Shown in pieces: positions 1 through 9,315 of a stretch of 64,000 nt of DNA. The first letter of the stretch is position 1. Each line of letters starts with the position of its first letter. The notes under the pieces are model-generated. The model was not told the origin of the DNA. It made no database searches and saw only the letters and a program-made list of their open reading frames with translations. Made by a program: the position numbers and the translations under genes. The DNA lies in the IMG/VR virus record IMGVR_UViG_3300018424_000006, positions 1 through 64,000 of that record, one strand, 5' to 3'.

Positions 1-459
1 CAAGACTATGAGAACGATAGAACAAATGCAATAAATATCATTACGTTGATATCCGATGTAGAACCTACGATCTATGTGCCTAGTTCATATATCGCTGGCT
101 TCCCTACAACTACTAATATTCCGTATAGTCGATTGGTTATGTCAATTGATCTAGGGGTATTGCCAGATGGCTTAGACTTAACTTCAGTAATGAGTGTGAT
201 TCAATCGCAATGCTCAGAAGTTATTGGTCAGACAGCTACGGTAGATTTGCACAAGGTATCAATTGAGAACTCTATCAGCGAAAGCCAGCATGAGCAGTTA
301 GAAGCTAACCGCTTAGCCGCCATTGTTGAGAGAGAAACTCCATATGCCGCGCTGCAAAGATTAACGAATGAAATAGCTGCCCTCAATACTCGTATAGGCG
401 AGATGGCGACGATCATTCTTAATCAGCGAGATGAGATAGAAGCGCTGACTCCGCCTTAA
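1..459 (+). CDS. 5'-truncated conserved jumbo-phage protein (putative virion/baseplate-associated), C-terminal coiled coil
   Basis: Frame 1 is open from base 1 to TAA at 457-459, so the true start lies upstream of the window. Heptad-rich C-terminus; followed by a terminator. Confidence 0.6.
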   Translation, partial: QDYENDRTNAINIITLISDVEPTIYVPSSYIAGFPTTTNIPYSRLVMSIDLGVLPDGLDLTSVMSVIQSQCSEVIGQTATVDLHKVSIENSISESQHEQLEANRLAAIVERETPYAALQRLTNEIAALNTRIGEMATIILNQRDEIEALTPP

Positions 460-462
460 GGC

Positions 463-506
463 AAAAAAATAAATAACCCTACCAGCACGAGGCTGGTAGG
501 GTTATT
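463..506. terminator. Intrinsic terminator between convergent genes
   Basis: 15-bp perfect stem AATAACCCTACCAGC/GCTGGTAGGGTTATT with 5-nt loop; A-run at 463-469 is the U-tract for the minus strand. Confidence 0.85.
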
Positions 507-507
507 C

Positions 508-1332
508 TTATGCTTCTTTCGTTTTCTTTACTGAATCGCAAAGATATTCAAAAGCTCGATCTTCAGACATTTCAAACCGATTGCCTTCTTTATCGATAAC
601 ATGAACACAGTCAATGTTATCATTAAGAATGAACGATAGACGACAATGTTTTAGATGGAGATAAAGGCTTTTATCTTTATGCCACCCAATAACAATATCG
701 GCTTCTACGCGCGGACCTTCGGTTTCCTCATTAAGGCTTTTGGCCCAATAATAGATATTGCGATCAGGAGTACATTCAGCAGTCTTAAGTCCGTCGGCTA
801 CAAGATCTGCTATCTTATCTACAAACTGCTCGATATTGACATCACTACCAATGGAACCAGTTTTACCTTCCACAAATGCCATTATGCCATCTACGGTTTT
901 ATGATCGACAACTACATCTTCTTCAATCTTGTCGTTAATAATGAAGAACTTGGTTTGTTCAATGTACTTCATCAATAACTGCAGGTGACCTTCACACTGA
1001 ACAAGATCTTCATCTTTAGCGTCAATTGCAAAAAGGCGACGAGCTTTAGTGAACAACATTAGTTGCTCTGCTGCTAGCATAAGTAGTTCAGTGATGTTGC
1101 CTAAGCGCCCCTCGCTCTTTCTTTCCAGAGTCTTATCTCGAAGGTGGATAAGAGCATTAAAGATCTTATCTAGTTCATCACGATTATCTTTGGAAATGCC
1201 CTTTAGTTTTTGATAAAGAGTTTCTAGTCGCGGTACGGTCAGTTCGTCTGCCGGCCGATATGATTTAAGGTTACTGAAGATATAGTCTTCAAACCCTTTT
1301 ATCTTTTCTTTTGCTGGAGTCATTAGTGACAA
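508..1332 (-). CDS. Hypothetical protein (early operon)
   Basis: 274-aa ORF overlapping the upstream gene; lies downstream of the early promoter at 1928. Confidence 0.75.
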   Translation of the reverse strand: MSLMTPAKEKIKGFEDYIFSNLKSYRPADELTVPRLETLYQKLKGISKDNRDELDKIFNALIHLRDKTLERKSEGRLGNITELLMLAAEQLMLFTKARRLFAIDAKDEDLVQCEGHLQLLMKYIEQTKFFIINDKIEEDVVVDHKTVDGIMAFVEGKTGSIGSDVNIEQFVDKIADLVADGLKTAECTPDRNIYYWAKSLNEETEGPRVEADIVIGWHKDKSLYLHLKHCRLSFILNDNIDCVHVIDKEGNRFEMSEDRAFEYLCDSVKKTKEA

Positions 1333-1868
1333 GTCCTTTTAGCATTAATGAGTGAGAACACGTCCCAATCATTGTTTTTTAGTAATTCCACAGCTGCCTC
1401 TACATCGTCTTCCATAGGAGCATGTGATTCTAAGTCTTCTGCCTTTTTGTTATTCAGTATGATGTAGTCATAGACATTAGCTAGAGCTACCATACGAGCA
1501 ACCGCCTTACGTACTACTTTAGTATAAGGAATGGCAGAGATGTCGTCTTTCGCTTTTGCAAAGCTAGAAGCACCAACTAAGGAAACAAAACAGCAGAGAA
1601 GATCAATAGAGACATCAAACAACATAGCGGCATGACTACCTGCCAACTCGTCTTTAATACGAAGAGTTCTACTACCAGCCACATTAGTCGACTGAGCTAT
1701 CTCTTTAATAAAAGTAGCAATGTCTCTTAGGTTATCTAGATCATCTGCATTCTGTAGATCATTTATTGATGAGATAAAAACCTTACACGGAGAATCGCCA
1801 CTGCCGTTCTTGACAATGACTGATTCATATTGACCTAAGTTATTTAACACGCCTAAAAACTTACGCAT
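1323..1868 (-). CDS. Hypothetical protein (early operon)
   Basis: 181-aa ORF with SD AAGGGAG 5 nt before ATG; first gene after the TATATTAC promoter. Confidence 0.8.
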   Translation of the reverse strand: MRKFLGVLNNLGQYESVIVKNGSGDSPCKVFISSINDLQNADDLDNLRDIATFIKEIAQSTNVAGSRTLRIKDELAGSHAAMLFDVSIDLLCCFVSLVGASSFAKAKDDISAIPYTKVVRKAVARMVALANVYDYIILNNKKAEDLESHAPMEDDVEAAVELLKNNDWDVFSLINAKRTCH

Positions 1869-1927
1869 GGGTTCTCCCTTATTATAGTAAAAGGGAGTAG
1901 ATTAAATATCTACTCCTAATCACTAAA

Positions 1928-1952
1928 GTAATATAGAATTGAAAAATCCTAG
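1928..1952 (-). promoter_or_regulatory. Putative early (virion RNAP) promoter CTAGGA-N8-TTCTATATTAC
   Basis: Matches the TATATTAC early-promoter core known for phiKZ; one of four aligned intergenic copies. Confidence 0.75.
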
Positions 1953-3091
1953 GCCGTTAATACAGGTTTCCCGGCCGAGAGAACAGGCATGCCCGCTACA
2001 AGCCCAGAGGCATTTACACCACCACAGGTTATAGGTCCAGACATCTCAGCGGTAGCGCCAGATACTCCACCGCCTCCTGCCATAGCTGCCGCACCTCCAC
2101 CTGCTGCTACTGCAGCCGCTGCTACAGGTCCAGTAAAGGTAGCATTAGCAGTACCCATTACAGGTCCATCTAACGTAATGGTGCCTGCTTTAATAGTTGC
2201 CGCACTTCCAGCATCCATTGTAAACATACCCGTCTTAACATCAATACTGGTACCAGACTCTAATGTCGTAGTATTGGTTTTAATGTTAATAGAGTTAGAA
2301 GATTCCAAGGTCGTATCTTTAGTTGTGATATTGATAGTATCTTCAGACTCTAAAGTGGTAGCCTTAGTTTTAATGTTAATGGCTGTTACCGCTTCTACAT
2401 TAAGCGTATCAGTTTTAGCATTAATAAACTCTTCTGCAAACATAGAAATGACTTTCTTGTTTACATCAATAAAAGACTTATCTACATTCTCTAAATAGAA
2501 ACGAGTATTCACAGAATCCATAAAGAGATGATTACCTTTCTCATCATGGACCTTAAATTTACCTTCACCCGGATCTACTTGAAAAGTAAACTGAGCTAAC
2601 TCCCCATTCATTGTGGAGTTCTGGAAAGTAACTATTTTCTCATGAGTATTAACCTCAAAGAAATAGCTGTTCTCTGGAGTAGGGGCGTCCTGATCATCAT
2701 TATCAGGGTTACCACTAAAGGCAAAGATAACGGTTTCTAAGCGACGAAGGTTTTGATCCAGTCCGTGTGTGCGCCAATAGAACTGATTACTATCCTTAGC
2801 AGTATAGAGCATGACCCGTTCGCCACGACGTACGTCAGGAGGTGTAATCCGGTTACTATCTGCCCCGCCTAACCACTTAGCCGGAATCGTCGTCCCTACC
2901 TTAACACTAGCTTGGTATTCTTTAGAGTCTCCGTCAATCCCCTTTGTTTCCAATTCCAATGTATCGGAGGTTAACTCCCCTTCCATGGTGGGAGTCATTT
3001 CAATAGGCCATATCTCAACTGTATCTGAGGTAAGGTCTTTATTCTCAGCTACCATACCTAACGAGTATGGCACAAAGCAACTTATTTGCAT
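1949..3091 (-). CDS. Baseplate central spike-like protein (gp5/VgrG-type: OB-fold-like N-terminus plus beta-helix repeats)
   Basis: N-terminal 'AKWL...NRITPPDVRRGERVMLY' motif typical of phiKZ-like spike proteins; 15-aa beta repeats (ESEDTINITTKDTTL/ESSNSINIKTNTTTL/ESGTSIDVKTGMFTM); divergent from sbcC. Confidence 0.7.
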   Translation of the reverse strand: MQISCFVPYSLGMVAENKDLTSDTVEIWPIEMTPTMEGELTSDTLELETKGIDGDSKEYQASVKVGTTIPAKWLGGADSNRITPPDVRRGERVMLYTAKDSNQFYWRTHGLDQNLRRLETVIFAFSGNPDNDDQDAPTPENSYFFEVNTHEKIVTFQNSTMNGELAQFTFQVDPGEGKFKVHDEKGNHLFMDSVNTRFYLENVDKSFIDVNKKVISMFAEEFINAKTDTLNVEAVTAINIKTKATTLESEDTINITTKDTTLESSNSINIKTNTTTLESGTSIDVKTGMFTMDAGSAATIKAGTITLDGPVMGTANATFTGPVAAAAVAAGGGAAAMAGGGGVSGATAEMSGPITCGGVNASGLVAGMPVLSAGKPVLTA

Positions 3092-3519
3092 TCTTTATTC
3101 CCACCTACAAAACGTTCCCATTCCATCAAGACTTTAGGGCTAAGTAATTTAGCCATATAGACCTCTTTAGGAAGAGACACTTCTTTAATCCACTTACAGC
3201 AACCTTCCCATAACGAGGTTGCTCTACAAAACCCTTCTGTAGTTCCTTCTATATAAAGAACCTCATGAAGGTTCCTTCCAAAACCAAACTCGGAAAGACT
3301 TCTCTTTAAAGCACAAAATTGTTTCTTGTTATTGTAGCGATAGTTACGAATAACTTCATTACTTCCTACTAATATAATTTCTAGATCGGGTTCCAAAGAG
3401 ACCAAACGATTAATTTCGGTTATAAATTCCATCAAGGTTCCGGGTTCAGGTACAACCTTAGAACCGTTATCAGAGAAGAAATCTACATCTACGAACAATA
3501 CTTTTTTATTATCTATCAT
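3082..3519 (-). CDS. Hypothetical protein, possible degenerate HAD-fold (RNA-repair HAD-like)
   Basis: Likely start at ATG 3519 (SD AAGGGA); N-terminal 'KVLFVDVD' resembles HAD motif I. Confidence 0.5.
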   Translation of the reverse strand: MIDNKKVLFVDVDFFSDNGSKVVPEPGTLMEFITEINRLVSLEPDLEIILVGSNEVIRNYRYNNKKQFCALKRSLSEFGFGRNLHEVLYIEGTTEGFCRATSLWEGCCKWIKEVSLPKEVYMAKLLSPKVLMEWERFVGGNKECK

Positions 3520-3593
3520 GGCCTTAAATCCCTTAAAACTAATATACAAAATAGAGGGATCTAGTAATACTAAAATCTAAACGTGTTAAGATT

Positions 3594-6038
3594 ATGTTAA
3601 TTACAGATTCCGAAATAGTTGGCTATAAGAACTTTAAACTGGCCAACATAAAATCACTTAAGGTAACGTTCACTGCGCCCCTTCAACTTATCTTAGGTTC
3701 GAATGGTTCTGGCAAGTCTAGCTTTATGTCTCAGCTCACTCCAATGCCTGCTGTAGCATCGGATTTTGAGCCTGGCGGCTATACTTACATGCGAATTGAA
3801 GACAAAGGGAATGTCTATGAATTACGTTCTGACATTACCAAAGGGGCACATCATTCCTTTGTAAAGAATGAAGTGGAAATGAATGAGGGAGGTACCGCAT
3901 TGGTACAGAAAGACCTAGTCGAATCCGAACTAGGTTTTACTCCCAGCTTACAAAAGCTCTTAACGGGCAAACTAAAGCTTTCTAATATGGGCCCTACTCA
4001 GATTATGAAAGTATTGTCAGATGCTTCTGATCTGAATCTAGATTATGCTAACTCTATCTTCGATAAAGTAAAAGAAAAGTCTAGAGACTCTGCTGGAGCT
4101 TTAAAGCATATCCGTACTAAGATAGCAGATGTGCAAACTCGACTTAGTCAATATGAAAATATTGAAGAGTTAAATGCAGAAGCTGAGTCTATTCGCAAGA
4201 CAATCCAAGAGATGATACCATTAATCTCTTTTGACCTAGACCCTATTAGTGAGGGCTTTGCCTTGGACAATACTCTAGGTCCATACGGACAGATCGTAGA
4301 TAATGTTTATTCGGCACTTAAGAAGGATAGCAGTCTTTTAGACGGGGATCAGATTAAGGTTTATAGCGAGAAGCTAGAGAAAGCCAAAGAAGAGTTAGCT
4401 GGCACAAATGCTTTAATTAACCAAAAGCTTTTGGATCACGAAGAGATTCTAGATTCTTTAGGTCGCCTAAAGGACTTGCCTAGCAATGGTAACCTTGAAC
4501 AGATTAATGAGCAACTTAAACTAGCTAATCACTATCTAGCAACCAATATAAAGCCTACTATGGATATTGAGAATCCTGCCGCTGTTCAGCGAAACGCTCT
4601 GGATTTAAGGAATAGAATAGAGGCTGTCTTAGCCAATTACTCTTCTACAAAAGTGTGGACCCGTACAGAGGCTGAAAGTCTAGAGGCTGACCATAAACTG
4701 CTTACTGAAGACCGAGCAAAACTAGATGCTATTATTAGCAAGATAGATGCGCGACTAAATCTTCACAATACTGCCAAGGCCGGCAATGTTACTTGTAAGA
4801 GTTGTGGCGAATTAAACTATGCTGAAGGTAGCTTGTCTATTTCAGATTGTAGTTCTCTAGAAGAGAAGAAGAAACAAGCTGGCGATAAGTTAGACGAAGT
4901 TCTTCAAAATCTTTCTTCATTAGAAGAGCAGCTATCCGAACTAAGATCCTTTAAAGAAGTCTTTACTCAGCTAAAGGGACACTTCCAGCTGTTCCCTGAA
5001 GAAGTTAGAATAGCGGATATCGATATTCAAAGAGCTATTAATAATAGAACTGCCTGTTTCGATATTCTACAGAGTATTTCTATCACTGCTGGTCAGTTAG
5101 TCGATTGGAATGCTATTGTTAAACAGAAAGAAGATCTAGAGGACGCTAAGCGTTTAATAGAGAACTCCGGAGCCTCTGCTATTAAAGAGAAAGGCGATCG
5201 TTTAACGATAGAGCTAGAGAAACTAACTGAACAGAAAAGTTTGTTAACGACGGCCATTGAAAGTTATCGTCAATCTTTAGTTGTTGCTGAGAAGCTGAAA
5301 GACGCTATTGGGAAAGTTAGTTCGGAACAGACTGGGACGAATGAAGCTATCTGCAAGTTCTTTGATTCCATTATGTCAAATGCAGTTAAGGAAGCAATGT
5401 CGGCTAAGGAAACTCAGTTGGCGTCTATAGTCAGTGTAGTGAACAACTATTCCCATTTGGAAGATACTCTTAAAGACCTCCAGAAGGACGAAGCGAACCT
5501 TTTAGCTAAGAAGCGTACGTTAGATATCCTGAGTAAAGAACTATCTCCTAAGGTGGGTCTGATTGCTCAGCAGATGCGTATCTTCTTAGAGGGTTTCTTT
5601 GCCGAAGTAAACTCAATCGTAAAACGTATCTTTGATTATGATATCGAGATTCGCATTGCGAAGTCTGAGTCTGCTTTGGATTATAAGTTCCCTATCTTCG
5701 TTAACGGGAAAGAGTCAGGAGAAATTACAACTGCCTCTGATGGTCAGAAGGATGTATTTGATTTAGCTTTTACTCTAGTTCTGATGTCCGTTATGGATCT
5801 TCAAGGTTACCCACTTTACTTAGATGAAATGGGAGCTACCTTTGATGATGCTCACCGAGAGAACCTAGTTAAGTTTATTAAGAGCTTATTAGAGACTGGG
5901 CAGGTAGATCAGATCTTTATGATTTCCCACTATACAGAGGTAACAGGTGGGTTAGCTAATAACGAATCATTAGTGTTACATGCAGACAACATGACGACTG
6001 TCCCTAGTAATGCTAATCGTCACGCAATATTGGAATGA
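3594..6038 (+). CDS. sbcC: SbcC/Rad50-like SMC ATPase
   Basis: Walker A GSNGSGKS, long coiled coil with central CKSC zinc hook, signature ASDGQ, Walker B LYLDE, H-loop MISH. Confidence 0.92.
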   Translation: MLITDSEIVGYKNFKLANIKSLKVTFTAPLQLILGSNGSGKSSFMSQLTPMPAVASDFEPGGYTYMRIEDKGNVYELRSDITKGAHHSFVKNEVEMNEGGTALVQKDLVESELGFTPSLQKLLTGKLKLSNMGPTQIMKVLSDASDLNLDYANSIFDKVKEKSRDSAGALKHIRTKIADVQTRLSQYENIEELNAEAESIRKTIQEMIPLISFDLDPISEGFALDNTLGPYGQIVDNVYSALKKDSSLLDGDQIKVYSEKLEKAKEELAGTNALINQKLLDHEEILDSLGRLKDLPSNGNLEQINEQLKLANHYLATNIKPTMDIENPAAVQRNALDLRNRIEAVLANYSSTKVWTRTEAESLEADHKLLTEDRAKLDAIISKIDARLNLHNTAKAGNVTCKSCGELNYAEGSLSISDCSSLEEKKKQAGDKLDEVLQNLSSLEEQLSELRSFKEVFTQLKGHFQLFPEEVRIADIDIQRAINNRTACFDILQSISITAGQLVDWNAIVKQKEDLEDAKRLIENSGASAIKEKGDRLTIELEKLTEQKSLLTTAIESYRQSLVVAEKLKDAIGKVSSEQTGTNEAICKFFDSIMSNAVKEAMSAKETQLASIVSVVNNYSHLEDTLKDLQKDEANLLAKKRTLDILSKELSPKVGLIAQQMRIFLEGFFAEVNSIVKRIFDYDIEIRIAKSESALDYKFPIFVNGKESGEITTASDGQKDVFDLAFTLVLMSVMDLQGYPLYLDEMGATFDDAHRENLVKFIKSLLETGQVDQIFMISHYTEVTGGLANNESLVLHADNMTTVPSNANRHAILE

Positions 6039-6322
6039 TAATGAAAAGCCTGAAGCAGAAACTAAAGGATGATTGGAAAGAGGTATTAGTAGGAACGCTA
6101 GTAGCATTTAGCTTAGTAGCTTTAGTCTGTTCTACTATACGCTTACTTAGAGCAATAGAAGGATATGAAAATGCGGTACTTTGCGGAATGCTTAAGGACG
6201 AGCTGGAGGTGCTTACTACACCTACTGAGGATAAGGAAGTTCCACCTAATATCGAACAGACAGATAAATATCGCTCGTTACAGGCATCGATTAACCGACA
6301 CTGTAACAGAGATCGGTTATAG
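6035..6322 (+). CDS. Small membrane-anchored hypothetical protein
   Basis: ATGA overlap with sbcC; one hydrophobic helix (VLVGTLVAFSLVALVC). Confidence 0.7.
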   Translation: MIMKSLKQKLKDDWKEVLVGTLVAFSLVALVCSTIRLLRAIEGYENAVLCGMLKDELEVLTTPTEDKEVPPNIEQTDKYRSLQASINRHCNRDRL

Positions 6323-6417
6323 GCCGGGATACATTTGTACTAGATGTCATCAGACGTTTATTACAAGAGATCTTAAATATCTGTCATATGAAGAACGCCT
6401 TTGTAAAGGAAAAGAAA

Positions 6418-6573
6418 ATGGAAGACCCGAGAGTCCTGAAAAGCAAACGGTATCTGGAATTGAGAGAAATGCGAAAGGTAGATAGCCTCACTCCTATCCG
6501 GTATATCACCTTCGGTACAATAATAATGGCATCTGCCTTACAGCTATTTGCCCCTCTTGCATGGATTAATTAA
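6418..6573 (+). CDS. Small hypothetical membrane protein
   Basis: Probable start ATG 6418 after AAGGA; C-terminal hydrophobic segment. Confidence 0.55.
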   Translation: MEDPRVLKSKRYLELREMRKVDSLTPIRYITFGTIIMASALQLFAPLAWIN

Positions 6574-6575
6574 AA

Positions 6576-7037
6576 ATGATTACAACAATTGACGGTAGGT
6601 ACATGAGAGGCTTGGTCGATCTTATTAATAAGAGACCGACTCCATGGACCGTGATTCAAAACCATGATCGTCAAGGTGAGTATATTGCGGTTCAGGATGC
6701 TACTGGGCGTCTAGTTCTGACTGCTGCTGCAATGCCGTTCGAACAGGCTCTTGTTTTTTATTCGATGATTGTCGACATGGTAAATGGTATCGGGAAACGC
6801 CTAGAAGGTAAGACCTTTACTCCAGAAGAAATAGGAAGTGCACATACCCAAGCTGGAGTGCCACACCTAGACCTTGCTGATTATAACATTGAGCGTTGTA
6901 AAGGTAACATCTTAAAATTCACCTCAAAAGTTAATGAGGGTGAGTCGCCTGATATCGCCAATCTAATTTTTAAAGATGGCTACGACCTTTATTTGAAACT
7001 AGATAGCAAGTTCGGTACCGAAGCCGTAGAGGAATAA
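6576..7037 (+). CDS. Hypothetical protein
   Basis: 153-aa ORF in a tightly packed operon. Confidence 0.75.
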   Translation: MITTIDGRYMRGLVDLINKRPTPWTVIQNHDRQGEYIAVQDATGRLVLTAAAMPFEQALVFYSMIVDMVNGIGKRLEGKTFTPEEIGSAHTQAGVPHLDLADYNIERCKGNILKFTSKVNEGESPDIANLIFKDGYDLYLKLDSKFGTEAVEE

Positions 7038-7040
7038 AGC

Positions 7041-7472
7041 ATGAAAGAACCAACCAAGTTTGATCACGCTACTGCTCGTGAACTAGTCTTAACTGGGATA
7101 CTTTATAAACGACGAGGCATTGTAGTCTCGGCCGATTGTCAGGTTCCCGGTAGACTACGAGTAGTTAGCCCTATCCACCAGACGGATAAGCAGGGACGGG
7201 TATATCTGGAGGACCAAGACCTTCCTACATTCCGCCATGTCGAATGGTCTCATTTACAAGAAGGGCTGCGACGTAAAGAAGAGTTGTTTCATCGCTTAGT
7301 TCGTTCTAAGTTAGACGGAGATGATGAAACAGAACGAGAAGAGATCGTTTCCGAATATGAGGATAGGGAGCATATGTACGACATGCTCCCTAAATCTAAA
7401 GGACCAGACGCTCTTGATATAGATAAGCTTTCATTTGAAAATGAGGATGATTTCGATGAATTTGATTTTTAG
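7041..7472 (+). CDS. Hypothetical protein with acidic C-terminal tail
   Basis: SD GAGGA; ends ENEDDFDEFDF. Confidence 0.75.
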   Translation: MKEPTKFDHATARELVLTGILYKRRGIVVSADCQVPGRLRVVSPIHQTDKQGRVYLEDQDLPTFRHVEWSHLQEGLRRKEELFHRLVRSKLDGDDETEREEIVSEYEDREHMYDMLPKSKGPDALDIDKLSFENEDDFDEFDF

Positions 7473-8193
7473 TGTCTATGACCTCTTTTCAGGCATAGAG
7501 AATGGGGCATCTAATATCTTTGAGATAGATTACCCGGAAGTTATTGCGCATGTAGAAAATACTTTGGAGACTCATGGTCCAGCAACCACTCTCTTAGTTA
7601 TGCTAGACGTGCTTTGCTCAGAGAGTTACAACTTAGGTATGTCTAACTTCGATATGCGTTTGCTAAATATAGCAGACTCTACAGTTGGACATGAAGCGTC
7701 CATCTTCGAGCTTTATCGTGAGAAGCGTATCTTCGATCATGCACTAGAAGACTCTTCCCTTACTAAGTTTGTTAGGCAGGACTTTATTCCAGTTATGCGT
7801 TCTTTAAATGTAGTTCGTAATTCATCTGGAGAACGAAGTGATACCTACCTAAACGCATTTAGTTCTGGGGCTATGCTTTTATTCTTCAATATCTATCGTT
7901 TAGCATTACGGATGGATATTAATGTCGATCTAGCTTTTTCACGAATCAGAGACAAGTTCCTTACAATAGGAATTTTAGACGAAGTCGAAGCAGATGCCCA
8001 GATTGAATACTTCAGAGATGAACATGGTATTGAGTTGTTTAAACGGCAATTTGAGAAGAAGGGGATCAAAGGCTATGTCCTTTTGATCAAAGAAACCTTA
8101 TATACGCCAGATGGAAAGATTTTTGAGACGAAGAACATGCTTGTTACTAAGCAAGACCTACAGGAGTTTTTAGATGCGACAGTTCTTTCATAA
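7456..8193 (+). CDS. Hypothetical protein, distant MazG-like NTP-pyrophosphohydrolase paralog
   Basis: Likely start ATG 7456 (SD GAGGA). All-alpha pattern; C-terminal 'EVEA..Q.EYF...GI...GYVLL..T..PDGKIF' resembles phage MazG-like tails. Confidence 0.4.
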   Translation: MNLIFSVYDLFSGIENGASNIFEIDYPEVIAHVENTLETHGPATTLLVMLDVLCSESYNLGMSNFDMRLLNIADSTVGHEASIFELYREKRIFDHALEDSSLTKFVRQDFIPVMRSLNVVRNSSGERSDTYLNAFSSGAMLLFFNIYRLALRMDINVDLAFSRIRDKFLTIGILDEVEADAQIEYFRDEHGIELFKRQFEKKGIKGYVLLIKETLYTPDGKIFETKNMLVTKQDLQEFLDATVLS

Positions 8194-9025
8194 CGCCGAT
8201 TGTGTTGCCAATATGTTAAACATAACTGGCGTTAAAACAGATCTAGATGAAGCAGAATTAGAACTTAAGTTATTGGAAACTACGAGAAAGCTTCGTAAGA
8301 CCTTTAATGAAGACTTAATTCCTTCTGCCGATTTTGAGAATCTGGATAGCGTTATGGATGCTCTTTTGTTTATGCAAGTAGATCTTTATGGTTTACTTGT
8401 TTGCGCTGGAATTGAAAACGTTCCAGCCAAATTAAAAGAGCTTTCTATTGTAGACGAACATCCTTTATATGACTCTCTGAGTGTAAGGGATGCTATTCTA
8501 CAAAGTTATATGGCAGATGGCCTAGAATTTCAGGATGATATCTTTACTAAGATTATTCCTAAAGAGGGCGGCCTTTCAGACAAGCAGTGGGATATCTTTG
8601 TATCTGAAACACTTAAAGGTATCGAGAAGTATATTGAAGTGATCGAGAAAGAGACTGCGGTAAATGGCTATTCGTCAGATATCCATGAACCAATCTATGA
8701 GTTCATTTCAATCATCTACTATCTCTCCACTATTCTTGGTTATAATTTTGATTACTCTATCCCTTCTATGGTAGAGATCTTCTTTGTGAGTCATACGACA
8801 AGTAAAGATGATGCATACGCCTATCGTCAACGTATGGCAGAGATGGGGGTTGTTAACCGTTTAGTGGAAATTAGTAAAGGGCGCTTTATGGTCTTTACTC
8901 CTGCCGATATGTCCGCCGGTCCGGATCAAATTGCCAACACTCCTATGTGTTTTGGTAACCACCACAAACCGTGTCATCGTTTCCCAGCTAACTTGAGGTT
9001 TGAATCATGTCTAAGTACTTCTTAA
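8174..9025 (+). CDS. Hypothetical protein, distant MazG-like NTP-pyrophosphohydrolase paralog
   Basis: 'ELKLLE...NEDLIPSADFENLDSVMDALLFMQVDLYGL' resembles the EE..EL..A...D..E..DA..D..Y...G pattern, with acidic residues partly lost. Confidence 0.45.
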   Translation: MRQFFHNADCVANMLNITGVKTDLDEAELELKLLETTRKLRKTFNEDLIPSADFENLDSVMDALLFMQVDLYGLLVCAGIENVPAKLKELSIVDEHPLYDSLSVRDAILQSYMADGLEFQDDIFTKIIPKEGGLSDKQWDIFVSETLKGIEKYIEVIEKETAVNGYSSDIHEPIYEFISIIYYLSTILGYNFDYSIPSMVEIFFVSHTTSKDDAYAYRQRMAEMGVVNRLVEISKGRFMVFTPADMSAGPDQIANTPMCFGNHHKPCHRFPANLRFESCLSTS

Positions 9026-9312
9026 CGTTTCTATCCCTAATTACCGTTACGTTTACCATAGACGTTTGGGGCAAAGGTGTAGGATATGCGGATTGCCCTG
9101 AAGGACAGATCGATAAGTCATTTGTTTATGAGCTGCAGAAGGTTGGTATAGCGGGACTCTATTTCGTTATGGAAGACGGGACCAAGTTCCGTCCCGGCGC
9201 TAGCTGCGATGTAACTTACAGAGAAGTAGATAACGCTACCTACCAACATGTTAAGCAGAAGCTTGAGCGTTACACTTTTGAAAAACCCTATATTTATATC
9301 TTGGATAACTAA
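9007..9312 (+). CDS. Hypothetical exported/membrane protein
   Basis: N-terminal hydrophobic signal-like segment; two Cys. Confidence 0.65.
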   Translation: MSKYFLTFLSLITVTFTIDVWGKGVGYADCPEGQIDKSFVYELQKVGIAGLYFVMEDGTKFRPGASCDVTYREVDNATYQHVKQKLERYTFEKPYIYILDN

Positions 9313-9315
9313 CCC

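Noticed and set aside
1989-2498. 169-aa plus-strand Pro/Ala-rich ORF, and the many other short antisense ORFs in the track (e.g. 655-978, 2811-3137, 24418-24735, 41066-41479)
   Set aside because: Shadows of well-supported genes on the opposite strand; no SD sites; composition mirrors the sense codons.
6165-6485. Alternative-frame ORF with CxxC (ICTRCH) spanning the 6322-6418 gap
   Set aside because: Overlaps two better genes and has no convincing start/SD; a tiny zinc-finger gene cannot be excluded.
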